Of a DNA stretch of 64,000 bases, positions 1 through 11,900 are shown in pieces. The translations under genes were made by a program, and so were the position numbers. The notes under the pieces were generated by a model. It was given only the letters and a program-made list of their open reading frames with translations, searched no databases and was not told where the DNA came from. The stretch spans positions 15,376,001 to 15,440,000 of the forward strand of contig OZ004609.1 of assembly GCA_963924565.1 (NCBI GenBank), given 5' to 3'. Source of the stretch: Ascidiella aspersa (Eukaryota). Position 1 is the stretch's first letter. Each line of letters begins with the position of its first letter.

Positions 1-103
1 GATCTAAAGATAAAAATACAGTTTGTTAAATGGCATTCTTAAATTTTATTGATCAGCGTATTCATATATAAATATTGAATAACAGTCTTAGGCCTATATG
101 ATG

Positions 104-1338
104 CTAGACAAAAAAACCGGCGTTGCCCAGGGTAAATAGAACATTTACCAGTCATTCTAACTGGTTAAAAAGCACATACAATAACCACCATATTGTACGA
201 AGTCTACCTGAATTTTGTCTGGTTAAACAAAATGAAACAATCCATCATACTGTGGGCTCTTTATTAATATTGCACATTACGTTGTAACATGTTAAACTGC
301 TAGCCTCATGTTATAGCCTATGATTATGGAAGATAAATGTGGTAATGAGCATATACCCAAAAAATAATGTTACGGATAGCGTAAGATCTTCGTAAGAGGC
401 ATAAATAATGCAAACATGTTTTTTTAAATGTCATAACAAATTTGCTTATGCCTAAACGTTTGCACTGCGTGTCATTAAATATAAATTTCAAATCATGTGA
501 TGTGTTTCAAACCATGTCATATCGTGTGTCTAACATCTATTAACTTATCAGAGTAACACCCGCAATCAGAGTAACACGCCACAGTCTATATGAAGGCAGC
601 ATTAATGTGAAAGCGAAATGGCAGTCATTTGGTTAAAACAGTGTAAAGATAAAAAAAATTAACGTATAACCTAAAAACCAGTTTTGTGTCTGAACTAGGT
701 CACTCAAGGAAAGGCGCGAACGCGCTGTGACCATTTAATCACTAATCCACGTGTTACCAGCATTCTATAAGCTTGTTGAAGCCGCATGTTATAGCCGATA
801 ATTTAAAAAATTATCTGGGTATTTAACATCATACCAAATTGCTAAAAGGTTTTGCGAGAAGTCGCACGCGCACCCCTTGGATTTAACACGCAACCAAAGT
901 ACAATGTTTTTGAAATGGTACGACTAAATCGACTATAGCACACAACACTTGGCTAAGCATGTCATACATCTTTTAAGTAACGAAAACCCGTGACATTTGT
1001 CAATTGAGAATAACTCTCAAACGTAAAATTTTAGGTTGTAGCAGCAATTGTTTAGACTTGCTTGATAGCGTGATATGAGTTGCTAACAAACGCCTTAAAA
1101 ATAAAAATTGGTTACCCGTGACCGGTTTGCGTCGGCGCTCGCTTAAGATGCGCGACTTTTTATCATCAAAAGAAACAAATTTTTTTCTGTCTGGGAGCAC
1201 ACGAGTCTCTTTCTATTTTACTAAGAGGCCCGGCGATTTGCTTAAGAGGAAGCAGTATGAGCGACGTTGCTCTGTCTGTCTTCAACGTGTGTGGACGACC
1301 GACCGTCGACCGACAAACTTTCCAATTAATATAGTAGA
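104..1338 (-). mobile_element. Non-autonomous Helitron (~1.24 kb)
   Basis: Minus strand starts A|TCTACTATATTAATTGGAAAGTTTGT (5' TC at 1338) and ends CTAG (104-107), with a GC-rich subterminal hairpin CCCTGGGCAACGCCGG (117-132) about 10 nt before the end. No TSD and no coding capacity. The 3' flank base is C rather than the canonical T. Confidence 0.75.
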
Positions 1339-2565
1339 TTCAAAAGTTTAAGCCGCAATTTATTTTTTTTAATTATCATTATTAGTAAATAAATATAGTT
1401 ATTTCGCCTTAACCACAGTACGCAAAAAGTACCTTGTAGTTAATTTGACTTTTTTAGTTCGTTGCGCGGTTATCATGTCTTGTAGAATAACAAGAGAAAA
1501 AAGTTTATGGATTAGAACAGTGGATCTTTATATTGTTGTCTTGGTGGCCCTTCAGTGTCCTTTAAACAGGCGGAGACCCCCGAAGAAGTACAATTTTACA
1601 AGCATATTTCGTTTATCATATCTCCCAAGGGAACCTATTGTTTTGGGTCAAATAATGAGGAAAATTACCAAACCATATTTTATTAATTATGCTCAAAAAT
1701 ATGGAAAATTCCATGGATCACCCCTGATTAAGAAAGCGCTTTTTACTCTGGCTGGTTGAGAACCGCTAGGTTAGACAATTCTAACCCTAAGATCGACGTG
1801 CAATTTTAGCTGACGCGTGTATAACAATAAAACGGCACGATATTTTAAAATTAGGATAGACAAGTTTTATGTACTAATAAGCTTCGAAACCCCCCCTTTT
1901 TGTAAGTGACGTTATCTGTTTCGTTTTTGTCAGGGTTTAACTCACCGTCCTAAGCGGCAATGTTTTTTATGTATTGAGCACGCGTCGGTAATGCGAAACC
2001 AAAATCAAACGTAGAACGCCGATTTTCGTCTCCTGTTTGGTCGACCGTAAACGCAGGATATTTTTATTTCGCCTTTCGTTATTCGTTCGAGTTGGTTGAT
2101 CAGCAAGTGTGTGTTCGACAATTAACAACAATAAATCAAGCGATCTCCGTTTTTCTCGCTAAAAACGTCGAGTTTAGGCGGTGTTGATGTTCCTCGCTGT
2201 GCGCTGTCCGCGCTTATATCCAATGTTGGTGTAGGACGTGCTTGTATTTTAGCTGACTTGGCACACAGCTCGGCGCAGATGTTGCGCTAATCGTGGCATA
2301 ATAACACCCGGGAAAAAACGATCTTCGTTTAGTATTGCAGGTTGCAAGAGACGTGCTTGTAATTTAGCGTAGTCCCGTACATAGATCTACCAAAATCAAT
2401 CAAATATATTTCACGGTATTGGTTTAGTTTTTTGCCTAAAAACGATTGCATACTAAGCGTTTTCGCAACTGGCGCCTGGCAGGATTTTCGACGACGCACG
2501 CGTTCGCTTTGTGTCTAAAGTTTCGCGTTTGCTGGACGTTAATAGACTATTTCTGATTAGTTTTT

Positions 2566-2630
2566 TTTTATGACGTCACTACAATCGCTATTTTATGACG
2601 TCATTCCCGTCACTATTTTATGACGTCATT
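2566..2630. repeat. Three 25-bp-periodic units, each with the palindrome TGACGTCA (CRE/ATF-type motif)
   Basis: TGACGTCA at 2571, 2596 and 2621, each preceded by TTTTA. Lies just inside a probable MITE end (...GGATACGCCCCTG at ~2710). Confidence 0.8.
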
Positions 2631-2983
2631 AACATGAGACGGAAAAACGGAAAATTCCCTAAGTTGAAAACTCGGGACCCCCCCTTTTAGGATTTCTGGA
2701 TACGCCCCTGTATGGTTCACGTAATTAAGACATTTATTCACAACACTTTTGCGGGGACTTTTGAGGGGAGTTCCTGGTACCCTTCTTGACATGAATTAAA
2801 AATGCAATTTGTTTGACTTTTTTACCGTATAGCCCAACAACATGCCTGTTAGAATGTTTTAGTTATGATTTTGCTCGTCTGTTGTTCACGATTACAAAGT
2901 TTAAATTAGATTACTATTTAAACGGCTGTAGTATAAAAATTTATTCGGTTGGCCAACAAAGTTTATTGATTCACACGACTTAC

Positions 2984-5900
2984 CATTGGTTGCAACTGTG
3001 ATGTCAATTGACATGACGGCTCGTCCGACAGGATTTTCTACGAGGCAGTATACAGTCCTACTCTTTTTTATGGAGTTCGTCCTCCAATGCTTACCAGTAA
3101 TGGTTGGCAAATTTTCTGACCTCCAAGTGTAGCTTAAAGTAAATATATAGTTAAGACTAACAAAAAGCATGTACAGTACATTAAAGTATAATTTGCTACT
3201 GAAACATTATCTGAATCATTTAAACCCTTGTTAAATTGTACGAACTGCTTTAGCTATGCTGAAAAAACGAATATGGTAATTAATAAAAAAGTAAGGATGG
3301 CCTCGGAAACCTACATAAAGTTTACCATTAGTCTATAAATAACCTTAACAACGTGACTACCTTGGTTCTGGAAAAGCTCCGTCAGCGGCAATGGTGACCA
3401 CAACTGATGTGTTGACTTTAACCACTTTGGCCGGGGCAACTTGCATCTGAATAAGGCCTGGGACGTATTTGACCTCTGAACTGAGATCCGGCTGACTGCT
3501 CTCATACGAAGCGTCTATAGCAGGGGTGGGCAATTATTTTTTACCGCGGGCCACATGAGAAAATTAAAATGTTATGGTGGGCCGGGTGAAAAATAGGATA
3601 TCAAATACGCGCAATAAATCATGTAAGTAAACGAACTTGTTATTACGTTTGGAGTTGTGCGAAAATGTGCGATTTTAGTCGATTTTAACAAAGTAGCCAC
3701 AAGATGTAAAAATTTGCACCGTGATGCATAGAGCAGAGATAAACAACGTACATTGCTTCATATATTGGCGATTATTAAGTTGTTGGGCGCATTGACCCAA
3801 AAGTTAAGGTTAAACTACGTAAAAATTTCGCATAAAAAAAACAATTTGTTTTGCTTTTTGAGGCTTTAAGTTAACCATATTAAAGACGGTATAAATCGGG
3901 AGAAACACACAGCATGGCATTAGGTAAAGTAGGTTGACAAAACTTAAATCGTTATTTAGAAAACGGTTGGTATTTCGTTCATATTTTAAAGACAGAATAC
4001 ATTTGAACTAAGCGCAAAAAAAACATAAATATTAGGCTAAGTTTGTTAAATTTTCGTTGAAGAGAGTGTCACAGTGCAGAGGACGTTTTTTGTCCTCTGC
4101 ACTGTGACACTCTCTGTGTGTATATTGGGGTAAAAACTATAGCGAGAAGGACATCAAACTGAAACGGATAGTATAAGTTTCTATAAAATTTAGTTAGTTA
4201 AGATAATTAAAATAGCTAAAAAAAAAAAAAAAACTAAAAAAATTGGGCTATAAACAATAGTAGCAGGGCTACATGAAGCTTATACAGCAATGATCATATA
4301 TATATACCAATTTTATAGAATTACACATTATTGTTTAAGTTGACCAGCACCACCTAGTAGCTGAACTACTGCTTTGTTTTCATTTTCATCTAATATATAG
4401 TGACCGCATGTAATCGAAAGGGAGTATGTCATCAATGATTTTAAAATTTACACGAAAATAATATGATTTTGTATGCAACCACTTTGCAGGTATAAACCTA
4501 ATAAATGCCGAGTACTTACAATCGACGGCACCGCCGAGCCAGTCAAATTCCATAGCAACATGATGTAACAAAGAAGGAGAAACTGTCAACATAAAAAAGA
4601 TGCATGAAAAACTTGTATTTAAAATAAAACTATCCTAACAGGTAAAATAAAAACAACAATAGGTTTAACCCCAGGTACTCTAACATTACCATACCGAGGG
4701 TCACATTTCGAATAAGAATTGTTCTAGTTTCAGGATGATAAACAACGCATTGAAAAGTGGTGTCTTTGTCGGCTGATTCTATTGTCCAGTACAAGTAACC
4801 AACTGTGTCCACAAGGTTATCATCAGTGGACTCGATCACCATCTACAACAGGGGCGTGTAACAGTTTTTACTAGCGGGTTCAACTCAAATATCATATGTT
4901 GAAAAGCAACAAATTCTTATAACTGCACAAAAAGCATAATAATCCAAGGATGCCATTAACACAAGCTAAACACAAATTCTATCAGCACTTATAACAGTAG
5001 TCAGTTTTGTATTTTTCTAGTTAAGAGCTTAAATGTTAACTTGAGTAAATAATTTTATATCAGTATCATTGCTGGGATGCAACGCGAGTAGAACTGCCAA
5101 TGGGTTCCTGGGACAGCGGTTTCTAACATTTTTATTCTTGCGACATCTTTTTTAGCTTTTAAAACATAAATGACGCTCTAATTCTAGTGTATTAGACATA
5201 AACCAAATGCAACATATTTACATTTGCAAAACGTTTACATTTCTGGCCCGATGATTGCATCGTTAAACAAAAATGTTAGAATTTTCCGTCAGACCATGTA
5301 CGTTATTTTTAGACCTAAATTAAGGATATACTACAAAAAATTACATAATAATTCAAAGGAAATGCAGGGGCCATATGGCTATGTGCAACGTGGCTTGGAA
5401 TTGTATAAGTTTGACAAATGTAGTTGCGGTGAATATAATGGTCTAGAAATATTTGGTGGCGATCTAGCCCCTCGGAAGCTGCTTTCGACCAACGATTACG
5501 GCTTCCGTGTCATAGTACACCGAAAAGCCATCGCAGACTAACCAACACTGTCAATCAATGATGCAAGCAGGGCATGCTAGAAAAACAACTAGCCTGCAGT
5601 GCGGTTCGAACTCTCCGGTCATACCGGGACCACCGCTCTACCAACTAAAGCTACACAGGCTCAAAGAGGGGCGAGTCGAGAAACAACCGTTTGCCAATGT
5701 TTGCTACATTCTGTTAGTACAAAGAACTTCACAATGAACGGGAGCTATTGTACTGTATCATTCAATAAAAAACGCACACATATGTGTTTATTAACAACTG
5801 TGATCTAGCCCCTCGGAAGCTGCTTTTTGAGTAATTTAGAGTTACATTAGGTTGGCGCATAGCTAGAAATTCTCTGAATTTACCGCCTAATTTAATTTGG

Positions 5901-8900
5901 AGGACATGACCTTGTGCCCCCTCTGAATCCACCCGTTTGAGTAAAACCTAATAATAACCCAAACCTGGATAACAGCCACATATCTAGTATTAGGCCGACT
6001 CGCTTTCAGGCGTAAAATTTACGATTCAGGTGCGGCATTGGTTCTACTTACCACCTATGCAACTAATTGACTTAGTGTATATTGTCTCGGGCTTATATTT
6101 TCGTCATAATGAGTTTTTACAAGTCAAGGTTTAATTTGTGTGACGCCCTTGTCAACTTAAAACGACGCACATTTTTCGATCCTCTGGTTGAAACAAAATA
6201 AATCTGTTTAAAACGTTGTAAAACAAAGGTAACGGCTAATGTTATACAATAAGTTCGTTTTAGCTTTATCGAATTTTCTTGCCTTGGAGGATTGTAATCT
6301 TAAAACTTGTCCACTTTGCTTATACACCTCCCATGTGATTTCTGCCTTCGGCTTTGATCGAGACGAACGACACGTCAAAGTCAAGTTTTTGGTCGACGAG
6401 GGAAATGTTGACAAAGAAATGGACTTTGGGGGAACTATTGAGCAAAAAGTTGTCAATATATATATTGGCAAATATTGTTACCTTTTACGGCTAAATAAGC
6501 TGTTTAAACTTATACATTAAATGCGTAGATAAATGGAACTGTTTCAGTCAGAAATTGGGTATTACAGTATATATAGCCTATGTGTGCGTGTGAGTGTGCA
6601 TGTTTTTGTGAAAAGTATCCTTTATTTCGTGAAAAACAAACTTTTATGCGAAACCTAATATTAAATTATTCGACTAAAAGTATACTTCAGTAAGAGGTTT
6701 TTGCTTGCTTAGAGTTCTTAATAATAACATGTTTCGAAGAGTGTTACTTTGTTTTAAGACAGGAGATTGCAATAAAATTGACAAAAACAATTTGCTATAC
6801 TTACCATTGACAGTAAGGGTCACCAGTCCTTTGTAGATTTTCGGCGTTTCCAAAACACCCTCAGCTATTGTTCCATTCCTTTCTATACCTTGACACTCGT
6901 AAATTCCTTCATCGTTCAACGTTACTGGTTTTAAAATCAGTGATGATGAGTCATTGTGTAAAAAAGCCCGTCCCTGCGTACGTTTCGATGTAAAATGAGT
7001 TATTCAATACCAAGATAACCAAACTATAATATAGTGTGCAATCCTGGTAAAAAGCGACTTAATGGCCATGTATAAGAGATGAAAAATTAAAGAACAGTTT
7101 ATAAAACTTATAGTGTATTTGCACTTATACCATAAGTTAATTTTTTTGTTATACATCAATTAGCAACGAAGCAAAAGTATTAAGGCGATTATAAAGCATG
7201 GGCGTGGACATTGAGCGGTCCTCGTAAGCCAAGTAGGTCAGGCGCTTTTTAAATATTTCGCCAAATATAGGATGCATTGTAAATTTGTAAATATCACAAT
7301 GGACGATTTATTGTTTAAGCTTTAATTTGATCAAAGATAAACGCAATTAGCAAGAAACTTTTAATATCTGTTACTTAAACTAAGTTACTTTCTTGGAATT
7401 ATAAAGAATTCGGGATTTATCTATGCAGCCAACACAGTGGTTCTCAACCTTTTCCTTCCAGTGGACCCTATTAACCTTTGTTTAAAACTCAATCCCCCCA
7501 AAACAATTAGCACCTGCAAATATACCTTTAAATATTTCAATAGAAAAGAGAGTAGAACCTCTTTAAAACGATAAGCACTGTACCAAATTATGTAATAATA
7601 AGGCTAGCAGATTGTTTTGCCTAAATTCGTTTTTTGGTCGCTCCCCTAAAGTTAAATGCTATGTTCGCCTAGCCATAAGCCCTTAAGAAATGTATCAACC
7701 TTGCCATGTTTAGGCGATAAACAAGGCTATCACAAGTAAATTAGTTATCAAAAAGTTGCGCCGAAGTTGCAAAAAACTGTTTCTACTTAGTCGGACCGTC
7801 CTAAGGACGTCGGGCGTGAAGTAGACTAGTCTATTCATAGCCTGACTTTATTTAGTTTTAGGCATAATAATAGCATAAACAAACAAACAAACAGGGTAAA
7901 GTATTTACAACGTGTATTGTCAACAACTGTTAGGCATGGCCTGGTGAAGGATAGCCAACGCTTTTTAAGAATTGCACAAAATTAATTCCTGCAGATTGTA
8001 AAAAAAATATTATGTGATAAAATATGTAGAAGCAACCTTAAGCTTTTTCTGTGAAATGGATCTTTAAAAAAAAAAAATATTTTTTATAAGTTTATGGTTG
8101 ACTAAAGTTTGTACACTTCAGTCATAACAAGGTTTTTCTTATTTGCAAGAACACACCTGTACTGTTTAGATTTTGTAATAAGCTCTGCTCATAACTTGCT
8201 TCAATATATTCACATTCAATGATTACGCCTAAAATGTGATTTATATGGTTTAAATTTTATGCCCATACCTTGATTTTTTGACAGTAATTATACTACCTTT
8301 GAAAAGAACGAGCAAAAAAAAAAAAGTTTTTTCCGGTTATATTGGACAGTGATTTCCAAAAGTGGTGCCATTTCTAATGTTTAAGGGTCCTGATATTTGG
8401 GAATCTGATTTTTGCTTAATTGGTAAGCTTCTTACAATTCTTAGTGTGTACGATTTGAGAACAATAAATTAAATTTTACATTCCGACGTTGTGTGGAGTA
8501 GATGTGTGTTGTCTATCTCCTTTATTTTGACATTACGGTGAGCTTGAAGTGTCGCAATCTAATTAATATTTATAAGGGGTGCCGCAAGACATTAAAGATT
8601 TGGAACTACTGTTGTATGGTTTTGTAGTGGATAAACGAGCCCCACAGTTTCACACAATGTTGGTTAACTGATTTAGGAGGCTAAATGGCGTACTGGACAA
8701 AAGAGTTTGCTCGAACTCCAGCTAATACATAATTTAGGAGGAGAACTATAAGATGATTTTTCAACAAGTTGTAAGAGCATTGAAACCACAGCTGTGTGAA
8801 ATTTTCGTTAGCTAATGCCTAAAAGTCATCGGTCAAGGAAACCACCTGTAAATAAAAACGTCGAGGATTTCGCTTGTCCCAGTAAAGCACGTAGCCAAAA

Positions 8901-11900
8901 AAAAAGTAATACAAACATAGATGACAAAAACACACAAAACTATGATTCACCACCCCCCTTTAAAACTTCGAAATTCACCCCTAGGTGTCCATTTTCCCGG
9001 TTGAAACCCTCTGAGTTATCATCTTCAAGATGTTGTAAGGGTCTTGTGTATATTTCATTCGTATAATTTGATACTTATATTATCATCACTGATTAATACA
9101 GCATCCATAAAGTGTTTTACCTTATAATCAGGAAAAGGAATATTGTAGGTCGGTGGGTCGTAGTAATAGACATACTTTTCAGAATTGTCCATGCGCTTGC
9201 TCCTGTGAAAACCATATATTTGTTACCACACACATAAAACAAAGGTGGGTGTAGCATTTTGTTTTAGGGGTCATGAAAAAATTCAACGATGACATTTAAA
9301 AATTACGGCATAACCTGACATTATATAGCAAGTAAGAAAGCATCTGCTGAAGATCGAACTTGTGGTAAATTGACAACTAAATCCAAGAAAAAAGTTTAGC
9401 GCGAAGCGTGAAATATTGCGTTACTTTAGTTAAATCGATACAACTTTTAATATAGAAGGGGATGTGTCGCTTTGAGGAAACAAAACGATTCGCACTTCGC
9501 TCGACAGAGTGACATTTTTAAAGCTTAAGTTGGCAAAACTTTTGTCAGAGAATGTCATGGCACGCACGGCAAATTGGGACTAAATTTATCATAATGAGAT
9601 ACAGATACTGCAAAGTGAAATAAGATTTATATTTTTGAATTTACGTATTTTAAATAGGAAAATGATGTATAGTTTTACCACGAGGCCATGGACTTGCCCC
9701 CTGTCAGGACAACTAGATTTATTTTAGCTCTATAAAATTAGATTAGAATTAGAATTAGATAATTTATGTTTTTTTTCAAATTAGATTATAATTCGAATTA
9801 CCGAATTCTTAAAAACCTAAATTTAAACATGAATTTGAACTAGAATTACAATTTTAATTATGTACAATCAGTTAAATTTAATCACAGTATGTTCTTATAA
9901 GAATGTGAATGGCATTTTTTTGTGTGCTAATTTTTATATGACTTTTGCCTATGCTTTTCAGGTTGTAAAAATCACCTACAAATCGTAATCACAAACTATA
10001 GATTAGAATTAGAATTAGCCGCATTTTGCTCTAATTCATTGAATTAGAAAACTAGAATTATCTAGTTGTCCAAGTTTGCCTGCCAGCAAATTAGACGATT
10101 GCTACGCAAAAGTAAAAATATTTTATCCAGTTGAACACGAAAAGTTTTAAATTATAACCTATTAATCCAAGCTTGAAAGCCATACCGTGCAGTGGTCGGC
10201 AAACTGTGGGCAACAGAGGCATTTTTAGTGGGCCGCGAGTTACTTTTGAATCATGTAGTTTTTGGCCGCGTGATAGCCGTACAATCATTGCATTAAGTAC
10301 ACGTCTAAACGATTGGCTAACTTAAACCAATAGACACATGTTTTTGGCGTTACGCGTTTTAGTTGAATAATGCCACATTGGTTGATTCGAGAACACCACG
10401 TTTCCTAAATTACTTGTAGCCTACTTGTTTTAGTTGAATAATGCCACACCGGTTAATTCGAGCCGAACGGTGGATGGCGGACGATGCCATGTGTTCGCCA
10501 AGTGGGTCGCCGGTAAACGAGGCAGACAGAGGAACGGCGACGTCACACTCGTCAAAGTGCGTTCGCTTCTCCACGGGCTCGCGCGCGACATATCGTACGT
10601 AACCGCGCAAAACTGTTTTTCAAGCGCAATTACCTGCGTAGACATTAAAAATCCAATTAAGTATATTGTCTTAATTAAAGGCTTTACGTTTGTGGGGGGT
10701 TCTCTATCAATATATTTCACGGGTTTTTGTTGGCCGACCATCGCCTTCTCTAAAAGCGCAATTACCTGTGTGGACATAAATTTAAATTAATCACATTGCC
10801 TTAATAAAAATTTATTTAGATGTTTTCAATTTAAGATGTTTATGTTTAAGAACTTCTTGAAGTATGTTACCGTGCAAAATTTAGGTGGAGTTCGCTTACG
10901 TTTGACGCAGTATATTTCGTTACGTTGGAGCCGGTTAGGTTAGCGCCTATACTAAACCATCCCGATGACCATCGCCTTCGCTTAATTGTAATGGTGTTCC
11001 CACTACAAAACTGGCTGTATCCTTAAAAGTTTTATTTTAAATGTGTAAGTTTCAGTTTCAAACGAGATTTTACTTACGTTGGGCGCAGTATGGTACCGGG
11101 AATACGTATTTGCTCGAACATCACGCAATGCAAATATTGGCTGCTATAACTTATGGTTTTACATAACGGAGTGTTGCTCTTCCAGCAGTATATATATATT
11201 ATATATACTGCTGGAAGAGCAACACTCCGTTAAATATTATGCCTGGCAGCAATAGCTTATTTTATGGTTTTACGTTTATGAGTGGTTCCCTATCAATATA
11301 TGTCACTGGTTTTCGTTAGAGCCGACCATTGCCTTCGCTAAATTGTAATGGTGTTGCCATTACAGCACTGGTCGTATCCTTAAAATGTTTTATTTTAAAT
11401 GTTTCGACGACCTATTTTAGACACAATACGGAAGATTATCTTTCGGTTACATGCTAAATTGCCAAAAGTAACGCAAGTTGCTGCATTTCAAATTAAGCAA
11501 TTGCACATTTGATGTTTGGAAATCACGGTTAATGCTACGCATCCCACAGCTTATGATGCGGTCCACATGTGCCTGGCCTGGGTTTGGACCACCCTGAACT
11601 ATACACAGATAATGGCTAATAAACGTCATTAAACACAATTAGGCTTACTACAACTATTTATATTTGTAAATCAATTTGTTGAACATACCAGACAAGGTGT
11701 TCGATGTACAAATTTTCATCATTCGACGGAACATTACATGGCAGAATAGCGTCTTCATTGGACGTAGCGCTAACTTTAACATTAGTTGAACGCACAACGC
11801 TTGAAACTATAAAGTTGTACAAAATAAGTACGAATCTGCTTCTGCATGTTTTTCTGATTCGTGTACAACAGAGGTTCTCAAACTATGTGTCGCGACGCCC

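Noticed and set aside
5592-5660. Functional tRNA-Thr(GGT) gene
   Set aside because: Variable loop missing, T-stem mispaired, anticodon atypical for eukaryotes and embedded in a dispersed repeat; treated as a tRNA-derived repeat.
6052-6184. Candidate extra Ig-gene exon bounded by CAG and GTAAGT on the minus strand
   Set aside because: Stop codons in all usable frames and wrong phase for the flanking exons.
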